A stretch of DNA of 61,447 bases, counting the filler, from an uncultured virus (IMG/VR IMGVR_UViG_3300005239_002421) (taxonomy: Duplodnaviria; Heunggongvirae; Uroviricota; Caudoviricetes). It is 6 parts of one record of this genome, joined end to end, with 100 filler letters (N's around TTAATTAATTAA, not from the genome) between each part and the next. Parts side by side here need not be neighbours in the genome. Positions count along the whole stretch, not along the records: positions 2,238 to 15,308 come from IMGVR_UViG_3300005239_002421; positions 15,409 to 20,211 come from IMGVR_UViG_3300005239_002421; 4 more parts are not named here. One strand, given 5' to 3'. Positions within the stretch are counted from its first letter, which is position 1. Each line of letters starts with the position of its first letter. A program made the translations under genes and the position numbers. Positions 10,634 to 20,311 of this stretch are shown piece after piece. The notes beneath the pieces were generated by a model. It saw only the letters and a list, made by a program, of their open reading frames with translations, was not told the DNA's origin and searched no databases.

Positions 10634-11995
10634 TTACTCTTTTTCGATTGGGAAATCGTGCTTTTTGAATAATTTTCTTGCACCTTGCTCGGTATCAAGT
10701 TGATGTTGAACAAACTCCGGTGAGGGTATAAAGAGGTTTGTTCTTTGGAATGTACTTCCAACCATATCAAACTGAGGCATTTCTTCGACCTTTTCTTTTG
10801 GGAAGCAATCATAATTAATCATCAGTTGCTTGATGTATATTAACTTTGATTTAATTTGGTCTTGCCATAAAGGATTTTTACCTGCATTGAAAGTAGATTC
10901 TGAAACTACAGACTTTCCTGATTGATTAGCAAACTCTGACTTAGATGGCTTACCATCTTTTATCCATTGTAATTTTTCACTTAAATACTTACTTCTTTTG
11001 ATTAAGAAATCACAACCATACTTATCATATCCTTTTTCTAAACTATCTACAAAGTCAGGAGTTATATAATCCTTGTTTAGTTTTGGTTTTTTTACTTTGG
11101 CAATCAAAGGAGTTGCTATATCTATATATACATAATCAAGTATCAACCTTACAGTTGTTAAAGGAAGTAAATTATATTTTATTTTCGTAAAACCATCTAG
11201 TATGTACCCTTTCCCTTTTGGTGTTATAATGTAATTTTGAGATTGATATGGGTCAATAGTCGGTGTAAGTACCTTTTGATATACTTTACCTGTAGCTAAT
11301 GTTCTATCAAATAAAAACGGCTCTAATATTTGTTCTTGATTTTCAGAAAATATTTGAAAATTCTTTATGTCATATGTTCTCTGAATTGTACTATACAAAA
11401 AGTCGTTGTAAGGGAAATTAGAAGTAGATATTACAGAAATATTGGGATTTGAAGGCAAAGTAGGTGCTGCGGCTGAGGCTGAAGGATATACTTGTATTTC
11501 GCCCCAATTTGCTGCACCGGTTTGACCACCTAATAACAAAGATTCTACTCCATAATTATATTGAGCAGTTTTAGCAATATTTTGTGCAGCTACATATGCA
11601 GGGTCTACAATAACTCTAATTACGAAACTTGAAGATTCAAGACCATAAGGTCCATCTATTGACCATTCTCCTATTACGGCAAATGGGTTAGCTGCATCAT
11701 TCAAATATAATACTAATTCATCAGTAGATAGATTTACTAATTTTGGGTCCGTAATAGAACTAACTACAAATGTACTACCATCTGCTCTATAAATTCTTAT
11801 TGCCACAGTACCATTAGAGAGTACAAGTTTAGTATTCCACCAATCACCCAAAGTATATATAGGTGACCAATTTTGTTCAAAGTTCCAAACAGTTTCCGTG
11901 CTTGTATTGGGTGCACCTAAAGATGAAGTTTCAAAAACTGAAAATTCTTGAACTTCTGTAGAATTATTTCTAAAACTAAATACCGATGCATCCAT
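10634..11995 (-). CDS. Capsid-protein paralogue (minor capsid, penton or turreted subunit candidate)
   Basis: Shares Y..FL, Q.LE, K.L.PTIDPYQ.Q and DGFT with the ORF at 40420-41169; has a large insertion. Confidence 0.6.
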   Translation of the reverse strand: MDASVFSFRNNSTEVQEFSVFETSSLGAPNTSTETVWNFEQNWSPIYTLGDWWNTKLVLSNGTVAIRIYRADGSTFVVSSITDPKLVNLSTDELVLYLNDAANPFAVIGEWSIDGPYGLESSSFVIRVIVDPAYVAAQNIAKTAQYNYGVESLLLGGQTGAANWGEIQVYPSASAAAPTLPSNPNISVISTSNFPYNDFLYSTIQRTYDIKNFQIFSENQEQILEPFLFDRTLATGKVYQKVLTPTIDPYQSQNYIITPKGKGYILDGFTKIKYNLLPLTTVRLILDYVYIDIATPLIAKVKKPKLNKDYITPDFVDSLEKGYDKYGCDFLIKRSKYLSEKLQWIKDGKPSKSEFANQSGKSVVSESTFNAGKNPLWQDQIKSKLIYIKQLMINYDCFPKEKVEEMPQFDMVGSTFQRTNLFIPSPEFVQHQLDTEQGARKLFKKHDFPIEKE

Positions 11996-12672
11996 TATTT
12001 GCTATTTTTTAGTATGGTGAACCAATCTTGGGTATTATCATTTAAATATCCTTTATTGTCAATACTTACAATTCGCTTTGTAACTCCATTACTGACATTC
12101 CCTCCAATTACCTCTATATTTTTTCTTTTTCTATTAACATCTACAACTATATCACAATGTGATTTATAACTACTTGTTGTATCATAGTTTACACCCCTTT
12201 GTCTAGGATAACATATTAAATCTCCTTTTTCAGGTTTAACTTCGTGTACCTTATATCCTTTAAAGTCCGATTTATTGTTTTGTTTTCTATTCTGAATAAA
12301 AGGTCTTATATAATTAGTATGTGCCGATGAATAAGGAAATTCGTTTCCGGCACCACTCTTTTTCATTATAAATGATATGAAAGCAGATGACCAAGGTGTT
12401 TTTCTATCACAACCATCATAATTTTTATCTGTTCCTTTTTTCCAATACTCTCCTACTCTTTCTTTATATATAGGAGTACACTCAAACTCTCCTGATTCTT
12501 CTAATTTACCTCCTACTATTACAGGGCTACCCCATAGTTTCCATTCTTTATTAGCATTTGAAATAATAGCAGATTTGAATCCACTTAAAAGATATTTTTT
12601 AAACAAAATATATAGACCTGCCGATACGACAAGTCCTATTCCAACTCCTATTGCTACCTGAGCCTTTTTCAC
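11995..12672 (-). CDS. DUF2272 (CHAP-like) peptidoglycan hydrolase with N-terminal TM anchor
   Basis: EW..WG..YW..PWSSAFIS..AH..YI..GDLICY.R..SHCDIVV..IGGNV. Confidence 0.8.
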   Translation of the reverse strand: MKKAQVAIGVGIGLVVSAGLYILFKKYLLSGFKSAIISNANKEWKLWGSPVIVGGKLEESGEFECTPIYKERVGEYWKKGTDKNYDGCDRKTPWSSAFISFIMKKSGAGNEFPYSSAHTNYIRPFIQNRKQNNKSDFKGYKVHEVKPEKGDLICYPRQRGVNYDTTSSYKSHCDIVVDVNRKRKNIEVIGGNVSNGVTKRIVSIDNKGYLNDNTQDWFTILKNSK

Positions 12673-13070
12673 TTTTTAAATTTAGTATAAGCATAATATC
12701 CAATAGCAAAAAATGCAGCCCAATAATACCATTTAATAGCCTTATTTTGCATAACTCCATCATCAGCCTTCTCTTCTACATTTCCATTAAGAACTCCTCC
12801 TAAAGACTCTCCTGCCTTGTTGTATTCTAAATTTATAGTATTTGTGCCTGATGAAAAATCTTTGATAGATACAGTTTTGTTCTTATATCCAACATAAGAA
12901 ATAGTAAGAAAGTCAGAAGGAAAGACATCAATGGTAAATAAACCTTTTTTATTTCCGCTTGTCTTTTTTTTATTATCAATAATATTACCCTCTCCATCAG
13001 TTACATAAACCGTTGCTTGTGGTAATATTTCTTGAGTTTTACTATCTACTACTAATCCGTTTGCTAACAT
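12669..13070 (-). CDS. Carboxypeptidase-regulatory-like (CarboxypepD_reg) domain protein with C-terminal TM
   Basis: G.VVDSKTQE.LP.ATV..G.F.I..LTISYVGY, a domain typical of Bacteroidota. Confidence 0.8.
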   Translation of the reverse strand: MLANGLVVDSKTQEILPQATVYVTDGEGNIIDNKKKTSGNKKGLFTIDVFPSDFLTISYVGYKNKTVSIKDFSSGTNTINLEYNKAGESLGGVLNGNVEEKADDGVMQNKAIKWYYWAAFFAIGYYAYTKFKK

Positions 13071-13075
13071 TTTAT

Positions 13076-13207
13076 TTATTTTTCATCTGTTTCATCTATC
13101 ATTTTATTGGAAATTGCTCTATGAATTAGTAAAAACACTCCTAATAAAACAACTCCTATAATTATATCTCTTTCCGCTTTCTTTACTTCTTTTTTTATAC
13201 TAGACAT
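13076..13207 (-). CDS. Small membrane protein (43 aa)
   Basis: Read manually: MSSIKKEVKKAERDIIIGVVLLGVFLLIHRAISNKMIDETDEK*. Confidence 0.55.
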   Translation of the reverse strand: MSSIKKEVKKAERDIIIGVVLLGVFLLIHRAISNKMIDETDEK

Positions 13208-13208
13208 T

Positions 13209-13364
13209 TTATTTTTTTGTTTTTTTGTTTTTTTGGGCTTCTGCTACTTTGGATTTTATTGCTCCCGACAATCCTGTGTTTCCTTGAAATCCTTGATTTC
13301 CTATATTGCCTGAATTACCTGACCTTAAACCTAATCCTTTATTTGCTTTACCCGATAATCCCAT
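13209..13364 (-). CDS. Small Gly/Lys-rich protein (51 aa)
   Basis: Read manually: MGLSGKANKGLGLRSGNSGNIGNQGFQG... Confidence 0.45.
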   Translation of the reverse strand: MGLSGKANKGLGLRSGNSGNIGNQGFQGNTGLSGAIKSKVAEAQKNKKTKK

Positions 13365-15308
13365 TATTTTCTTCCTAAAAAGATTCCTAACAGAATACCT
13401 GCTAGTCCTCCTATTAACATTGAATTATCACCTTTTTTCTTTACTTCGCCACCTTTTGCATAACTTATTCTATCTAATCTTTTTCCTAATTCTTCTTCAT
13501 CATTTTTCCACAAATAAAACATTTCTTTGGCTAAATCTTCTACATCTTCATCTTCTGCCAACTCATCTCTATTCCAACTTACAACCTCTACTCCATCTCT
13601 ATATATAAAAAAATCTCCTAATTCTCCATCTGCTCCATCTCCATAGGGGTTTCCCTCTATTGTAATCTTACCACCTTTAGCAAAACTCCCAACATACTTA
13701 TCATCTAAATATCTAAATTTTCTTGTAATTCTATATCCGTTTTCTTTTAAGTATTTGATTTCTTTTTTGCATCTTCTAAAGAATCGAATCCTTCGTTATA
13801 TTCATCCCCCTCACTATCTACATATTCAATGTCATACGAATATCGACTATCTAAATCTCCACCTTTAGCAAATCTTCCGATTTTCAATTCTCTTCCTTCT
13901 TTATAGTTATCCCCATCAAACCATTTAGATATTTTATCAATACCTTTTTGTAGTTTTTCTTTTAAATCTTCTATACTATCAAAAGTGAATTTGTCTTGTG
14001 TGTAATCTTCCATATTTCCTGTTCTGTGATAAGGTGCTTCCATATTTACATTACCGGTAAGAACTATAGTATGCTTACCATCAATACCTCTGCTATTATC
14101 AGGATTATAGTAAAATGCTTCTACTTCAAACATAATACTATCATCATCACTTCTTGAAAACATATCTAAATCTTCTGCCTCATCCATATATCCTGCATCC
14201 TGTAAAGAAGAGTAATCAACATTTTCAATACCTCCTAATTCTTTTACTATGTCAGGATATTCTTCTTCAAATCTTTCTTTACCATATTCATAATTTAGAT
14301 TTTCTACTCTTTCTAATTCAGCATCTAAAGTATTTGTAGGTAAAGATTTTCCTGAACCTGTCAAATAGTTCCCGTATGTGAAAAAACGGTATTCATAACC
14401 TCCATCAGTAAAAGGAATAAAGCCATCTCTGCTCTCGTATTCTACTTCTTCTCCTTCTATGTCTTGACCTTCATATTCTTGATTAGCATCTTCTAATACA
14501 TCTTCTAACTCATCTTTTAATACCTCTACTATATCTTCTCTGCTTATAGCTTCTCCACCCTCTGAAAAACCTTGAGGGAATTTAGAACTATATATTTCAT
14601 CGTTATATCGAGATGCATTATCAACAACTCTTACCCAAGTATTAGAATCTTCTATTTCTCTTGCTTTTGAAATTGCTCTTTTTTTATTTGGTGCCTCATC
14701 ATCTAAATGCACTACATCGTAGTTTTCATCGAAATCATAATCATTTTCGTTGTTGTAAACTCTAATAATATATTCTTTGTTTTCATCTAAATCCCCACCT
14801 TTTTCAAAACTTCTAATCACGAAAATATCTCCATCATTAGACTTGTATTTCATTTTAGGGAAATACTTTTGTTTAGCTTCTTCAAAATTATCTCTATTCT
14901 GTCTTTCTGAATCTACAAAAATCACTTTATAATTATCTCCTGCTAATACTTTTATTTCTTCTACATCATAATCATAATCTCCTCCGGACTGCCAATCATC
15001 TCCGAACTTTTGCTTTGCTAAATCAATTAAACCGTTTTCACTAACAAAATCATCTGTTGATGTATAATTTCCACTTAAATCGTTTCCTAAACTGCCACCT
15101 TTTGCATATTTAGATAAATCGTATTCTTTTACTGTTCCTCCCTTTTTATAGTTTTGAAAATAATGTCCATCATATTCGTTGTAATTGTTTATTGATAAAT
15201 CTCTTCCCAAAGCCTCATAGTCAAAATAAAATTCAGGATTTGAAACACCTTCAATACCACCTACATTATCAACATAATTTTCTCCTAATTCGTAATCTCC
15301 ATCATATT
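13364..15308 (-). CDS. xxGG-repeat polyprotein A: ArdA-like segment, acidic modules, C-terminal TM (5' truncated; -1 shift near 13765)
   Basis: Frame open to the gap with YFDYEALGRDL; 7 [YF]xxGG motifs; -1 frame continues to LIGGLAGILLGIFLGRK. Confidence 0.75.
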
Positions 15309-15408
15309 NNNNNNNNNNNNNNNNNNNNNNNNNNNNNNNNNNNNNNNNNNNNTTAATTAATTAANNNNNNNNNNNNNNNNNNNNNNNNNNNNNNNNNNNN
15401 NNNNNNNN

Positions 15409-15515
15409 CTTTTATAATCTCTTAATCTTTCATTAGCACTAAAAAGTTGCCAAATAAGAATAAATAGAATTATAATACATATAGTTAGTGCATTATTTTT
15501 AAGTTTAGAAAACAT
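15409..15515 (-). CDS. Membrane protein, N-terminal fragment (spanin-like position)
   Basis: MFSKLKNNALTICIIILFILIWQLF.. directly after the holin-like gene; runs into gap. Confidence 0.4.
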
Positions 15516-15523
15516 AATCCATT

Positions 15524-15718
15524 TTATTTCTTGTTTCCTATATTTGACAAGTGTTCTCCGGCATTACCTACTGCATAAATACCAAATATCCACATTACAA
15601 ACTCAGACCAATTAGCAAAGTCTGCCTGTCCAATAAACAAGAAAACTGTTGCACATATAAACAATAAAATCGCAAAAAACATTTTACGACCACCTAAAAA
15701 ACTAAATACTTTTTCCAT
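15524..15718 (-). CDS. Holin-like two-TM protein
   Basis: GGRKMFFAILL..W..FVMWIFGIYAVGNAGEH. Confidence 0.6.
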   Translation of the reverse strand: MEKVFSFLGGRKMFFAILLFICATVFLFIGQADFANWSEFVMWIFGIYAVGNAGEHLSNIGNKK

Positions 15719-15730
15719 TTTTTCTTTTTT

Positions 15731-16402
15731 TTAATTCATAATTCTAACATCATATATATTCTGATTGGCGGCTATTATTCTTCTATTAACCTCATCCCAA
15801 TTTATAATTTTAAATATATTTTTGATGTATTTCGTTCTGTCTGCATCGTATTTCAAATAATATGCGTGTTCCCACACATCTATTCCTAATAAAGGATATG
15901 ATTGATACTCAGGCATATATGGGTTGTCTTGATAAGGGGTAGCTAGTATATTTGTACTACCATCTCTATTCATTACCCACCATACCCATCCTGAGCCGAA
16001 TCTTTTCTGCGATGCTTCAATAATAAATTCTTTAAATTGTCCGTAAGTACCAAAGTCTTGAATAATTTTAGCCAATGAAACACCGTGTGGTGGATTTGAC
16101 TTTTTTGATGGATTAGGTTTAAGCATTTTCCAAAACATAGAATGATTTACATAACCTCCTCCATTATCTCTAATTTCAATTGGGTATCTATCTATGTTCT
16201 GCATTACTCTAATAACCGGGTCAGTAATATCATATTTGTCTACTGCTGCGTTAAACTTTTTTAAATACCCTAAATAATGTTTATTGTAGTGTATTTGCAT
16301 AGTTTCCTCATCAATATATGGCTCTAAACCGTTATATTTATAAGGAAGCCTTACAGGAGAAAAATGTATTAAATCATAGTCATCATATTTATTCATTTTC
16401 AA
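15731..16402 (-). CDS. sodA: Fe/Mn superoxide dismutase (Mn-type signature)
   Basis: LEPYID..HYNKH..GGYVNHSMFW..FGSGW..QDNP..DVWEHAYY. Confidence 0.95.
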   Translation of the reverse strand: MKMNKYDDYDLIHFSPVRLPYKYNGLEPYIDEETMQIHYNKHYLGYLKKFNAAVDKYDITDPVIRVMQNIDRYPIEIRDNGGGYVNHSMFWKMLKPNPSKKSNPPHGVSLAKIIQDFGTYGQFKEFIIEASQKRFGSGWVWWVMNRDGSTNILATPYQDNPYMPEYQSYPLLGIDVWEHAYYLKYDADRTKYIKNIFKIINWDEVNRRIIAANQNIYDVRIMN

Positions 16403-16825
16403 ACTTTTTATTGCGTGTTAAGTTGCGTGTGGTAACATACGAACCTCTGAACAAAGCAAAAGAACCAATTACACACACGACTAACAAAGCACTTAGAACA
16501 ACTTTATTATTCACTTATTACTTACACTTATAGATTAAGTAACCTAACATTCCAATGATAATTACATTGTGAACATTGTTACCACCTAAAAAATCTGCAC
16601 TTTTAATATCAAACATTTTTTTTAAATTTTTGGGTTAATACTCGTTTTATTTACTCTCCTGCAAGTTATATTTTTTAATGAGATTTTTAGCGATAGTTTG
16701 TAACTTCTTTTTATCGGCTCTTGCAGGTGGGAGATTGTCGTTAGTAATATTAAGTTTAGACTCTTGCATACTTGCAATTGTATATTTTAAATTCTTAACG
16801 ATTTCTCTTGCCCTATTTACACTCA

Positions 16826-17332
16826 CTACTTCTTCAATAATAAATAGGCACCTACACCTATTGCTATATATAAAATTAAATCATTATTATCTTTTTTACC
16901 TTCAACCGGCTGCGGATTTACTACAACTACAGGAGTAGGTGTTACAGGAACTTCTGTAATAGGCTCAGTAACTACATTTTCTACAATAGGTTTAGTAGGA
17001 GGCGAGTAATTGATTCCTAACTCATCTACTGCTATAATAGGGTCATCTATATGATGTCCCTGAATAGGGTCAACAAACACAGGTGGACCTTTTACAATTG
17101 GTGTATTGCAAGGGTCTTTATCTAATGTCCATCCTTGAGGGCAAACTGTTCCGGGGAACATATTAGAAACCCCAAATCCTTTATCACACTTATTACATAT
17201 TACAGTCTGAGTAACAGGGTCTACAGGTCTAGTTGGTACACTTGGCACCGAAACAGGTGGTCGATAAGTTGGTACTACAACCCTACTTCGACCTTGAGTA
17301 GCTGCTGCTTCAAACCATAATTCATTTGACAT
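16826..17332 (-). CDS. Pro/Cys-rich protein with C-terminal TM (virion membrane candidate)
   Basis: Starts MSNELWFEAAA; ends LILYIAIGVGAYLLLKK. Confidence 0.65.
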   Translation of the reverse strand: MSNELWFEAAATQGRSRVVVPTYRPPVSVPSVPTRPVDPVTQTVICNKCDKGFGVSNMFPGTVCPQGWTLDKDPCNTPIVKGPPVFVDPIQGHHIDDPIIAVDELGINYSPPTKPIVENVVTEPITEVPVTPTPVVVVNPQPVEGKKDNNDLILYIAIGVGAYLLLKK

Positions 17333-17525
17333 ATCTTTTTATTTTTTATTATTTAATCTAATCCTACTAATTCATCAATAGTTTTGCCATCGAAATATTT
17401 ATCTTTTAAGAAATTATCATAAAAACCAACCAAGGCTACAATAGCTAATAAGTTAAAAGCTACTTGATATTCAAAAGGGGCTAAACCACCTTTTTTTAAT
17501 TTATTGTATGACCTTTTATTCATTT

Positions 17526-17741
17526 TTAATCTTCATTTATATTCCAATCTTGCTGAGGCTTTACGGCAATTATTTTAGATGAATTTTCTTCTTTTAATTC
17601 TTTTTTTACTAATTTTATTCTTAAAACATCTAAATATGTTTTTACAATATAAGAAACTCCTATAGCAATTGCAATAGAACCTCCTACTGTTAGTATTTTT
17701 TGAAGATGACCTTCTTCTAAATAATCTTCCCACTTAGCCAT
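17526..17741 (-). CDS. Small membrane protein
   Basis: Single TM segment. Confidence 0.6.
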   Translation of the reverse strand: MAKWEDYLEEGHLQKILTVGGSIAIAIGVSYIVKTYLDVLRIKLVKKELKEENSSKIIAVKPQQDWNINED

Positions 17742-17862
17742 TTACAATGTGTTTTTAGTTATTGTAATATTTTTTGCTATATATTCTTGGTAAATCATAT
17801 AAGCACCGTACCCTGCAAGAGCATATTTTATTATTGAAAACATAGTATATTATTTTTATTTG

Positions 17863-18369
17863 TTATGCTCCACAAGAACCACAAGCATTACTCATATTTG
17901 AAGTTTGCCAATCAGTACCTTGTAGGTTTCCTGATGCATTACTCATATTAGAAGTTTGCCAATCAGTTCCTTGTAAATTTGCTCTTCTTGCTCCGTTTGC
18001 ATTTGAATAACCACTTCTTCCCGGCATAGCCGCTAACCAAGTAGCTTCCCAACCTGCACTTGGTTTTCTTCCCGGAATAGCTGCTAACCAATTGTTATCT
18101 CTACTAGGTATTGCTTTAACATTAGGTGGACCATAAGGAATCATATATCCTCTTCTTGCTCCTGATGCGTTTTGGAATACTCCACCATCTTGCCACATAG
18201 TTTCTCTGTTTCTACCACTTTGTTGCCAATTAGTTCCTGTGAAACTTGAAGTTGGTTCAGCACCTTCAATTGGTGGAACTGTACTTGTTTTTGGTTTAGA
18301 GAAATGCTCGTAAGCTGCATATGCTCCAAATCCTGCTAGTCCGTAAAGACCGATTTTCATTAAATCCAT
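17863..18369 (-). CDS. N-terminal TM protein with repeated NAxG motifs
   Basis: FQNASG, YSNANG, MSNASG, MSNACG; tandem NLQGTDWQTSNMSNA x2 and WLAAxPGR x2. Confidence 0.75.
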   Translation of the reverse strand: MDLMKIGLYGLAGFGAYAAYEHFSKPKTSTVPPIEGAEPTSSFTGTNWQQSGRNRETMWQDGGVFQNASGARRGYMIPYGPPNVKAIPSRDNNWLAAIPGRKPSAGWEATWLAAMPGRSGYSNANGARRANLQGTDWQTSNMSNASGNLQGTDWQTSNMSNACGSCGA

Positions 18370-18388
18370 TTTTCTTTTTTTTTATTGA

Positions 18389-18802
18389 TTAATAATTATT
18401 TAATTTTTGTTTAATAGGTATTTCTAAAACTTCGCTACCTTGAAATTTATATTCATTTTCAGGGTACATCATTTGCGAGTTACCTAAGTTGTCTATTCCC
18501 CAAACAGGAAAATCCACATCTTTCATTGTGATTCTTCCATTTGGAATGAGATTATAAGGTTTGTTTATGTCCTTACTATCTCTTTTATAACCTGTAACAG
18601 AATATATGTCACCATTAAATCCTAATGATGCGGTTCCTCCTATTGGCAAACCTCCAATTACTCCACTATCAGGTACAGTCACAACATAAGGTTGTGATTG
18701 TCTATTAGAATCAAAAAAGTTGTCACCTTCGTTAAACCAAGAATCTCTTGTGTCTAACAAATTAGATACATCAGCATAGCCATCTTTAATAATACTATCC
18801 AT
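18389..18802 (-). CDS. Hypothetical protein with conserved-looking C-terminal beta domain
   Basis: GYKRDS..NLIP..ITMKDVDFPVWGIDNLGN..MYP..Y.F.G..V.EIP. Confidence 0.65.
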   Translation of the reverse strand: MDSIIKDGYADVSNLLDTRDSWFNEGDNFFDSNRQSQPYVVTVPDSGVIGGLPIGGTASLGFNGDIYSVTGYKRDSKDINKPYNLIPNGRITMKDVDFPVWGIDNLGNSQMMYPENEYKFQGSEVLEIPIKQKLNNY

Positions 18803-18968
18803 TTAATCCTCTTTTGTCTAATTCTTCTTTTACTATTTTCTTTACACCCGGTCTAAAAACATATATTTCTGCCCACATTTCAAGAGCAACAAAGGCACCT
18901 ACTGCTACTGCTACTGTACCCCAATTTATTTTATCACCGAATAACTTCATATTACCTTTTATATATTA

Positions 18969-19337
18969 TTAAAACAAAAATCTTGAGCCATTAGGAATAT
19001 CATATATAAAATCTTCACCTTCACAATAAAATGCTCCTTTTTTACCATTTTTATCTAACCAAAATTTTGATACAGTACAAGGTGTTTTACCATTAATAAG
19101 TCCTTTTGTTCCAATATGTAACCTTTCAGTTGCTTCATATTTATCATCACGAATTAAATCAATTGCATTATTATTTTTTGCATCACTAATGTTGATTGAA
19201 TTATTAAATGTTGAAGCTAGATTATCCTGCCCTAAAGTTGTTTCAGTTAATTCATTTTTATCTTTTTTAATAAATAAAAAGTAAGCTGCTACTGCCGCTA
19301 CTGATACACCTATAATAATTTTTGTTTTCTTATCCAT
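18969..19337 (-). CDS. N-terminal TM protein, paralogue of 32900-33253
   Basis: Shared ATE.L..GT..PCTVSKFW.DKNG..GA..C. Confidence 0.75.
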   Translation of the reverse strand: MDKKTKIIIGVSVAAVAAYFLFIKKDKNELTETTLGQDNLASTFNNSINISDAKNNNAIDLIRDDKYEATERLHIGTKGLINGKTPCTVSKFWLDKNGKKGAFYCEGEDFIYDIPNGSRFLF

Positions 19338-19350
19338 TTTATTGTTTTTC

Positions 19351-19494
19351 TTACTTCTTTTTATATATCATCATACCTGTCTTTGTTTTTGATGCAACAT
19401 AGGTACTTCCGTTATAACTAAAAGATTTTTTTCCGGCTTTTCTTGCCTTTTCTTTTGCTTTCATATAAGCATTCATTGCTCTTTTCTTTGCCAT
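19351..19494 (-). CDS. Small basic putative DNA-binding protein (47 aa)
   Basis: Read manually: MAKKRAMNAYMKAKEKARKAGKKSFSYNGSTYVASKTKTGMMIYKKK*. Confidence 0.7.
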   Translation of the reverse strand: MAKKRAMNAYMKAKEKARKAGKKSFSYNGSTYVASKTKTGMMIYKKK

Positions 19495-19664
19495 AATTAT
19501 TTATTTTTAAATTTATTTTTATATATGTAAAATGCTAAACCTGCCACAAGAATTGCACCTCCTATATACATTAGATTCTTATTTCTTTTTTCAGTTTTTA
19601 CTTCTTGAGTACGAGCATCAATAACTGCCTGTTCTTCTATAGTATGTTGTTTAGCCGCCATAAT

Positions 19665-19931
19665 TTATTTTTTAAACATTCCCTTACTGTAGGCATAATA
19701 TACACCTACTCCAACAATTGCTATCCAAGCTAAGTTTGGTAAGCCCATAAATCCTGCTTTTTTTGGCTTAACATCTGCCGGAGTAGTTCCCACATTATCT
19801 CCGGGTCCTATTACTTCTGCTTCAGCTAATAATTCTTCTTTTACTTCGGCATCATCTTTTCCTGCTCCGTATAAAGCATCATTTACTTTTTTTATATATT
19901 CAGGGTCTGTCCCTTGTGCGAATCTTGACAT
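19665..19931 (-). CDS. C-terminal TM protein
   Basis: KKAGFMGLPNLAWIAIVGVGVYYAYSKGMFKK; paralogous fragment at about 20058-20211. Confidence 0.7.
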   Translation of the reverse strand: MSRFAQGTDPEYIKKVNDALYGAGKDDAEVKEELLAEAEVIGPGDNVGTTPADVKPKKAGFMGLPNLAWIAIVGVGVYYAYSKGMFKK

Positions 19932-19937
19932 AATTTT

Positions 19938-20045
19938 TTATTTTTTTCGGGTATGACTTTTTACTGTCTTACCTTTTCGTTTATAACTCTTTATTATTGT
20001 GCAAGATTTACTTCCACTTTTTTTTGCTGCTTTTTTCTTTGCCAT
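19938..20045 (-). CDS. Small basic protein (35 aa)
   Basis: Read manually: MAKKKAAKKSGSKSCTIIKSYKRKGKTVKSHTRKK*. Confidence 0.6.
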   Translation of the reverse strand: MAKKKAAKKSGSKSCTIIKSYKRKGKTVKSHTRKK

Positions 20046-20311
20046 TTTATTTATTTTTTATTTTTTAAAAACTCCTTTTGTGTAGGCATAATATACACCT
20101 GCACCAATAATTGCAACCCAAACTAAAGTCGGTAATCCCATAAATCCTGCTTTTTTTGTTTTACCATCTGCAACTTCTGTGGTAGTAGATTCTGCTGCTA
20201 CTATTTCAGTTNNNNNNNNNNNNNNNNNNNNNNNNNNNNNNNNNNNNNNNNNNNNTTAATTAATTAANNNNNNNNNNNNNNNNNNNNNNNNNNNNNNNNN
20301 NNNNNNNNNNN

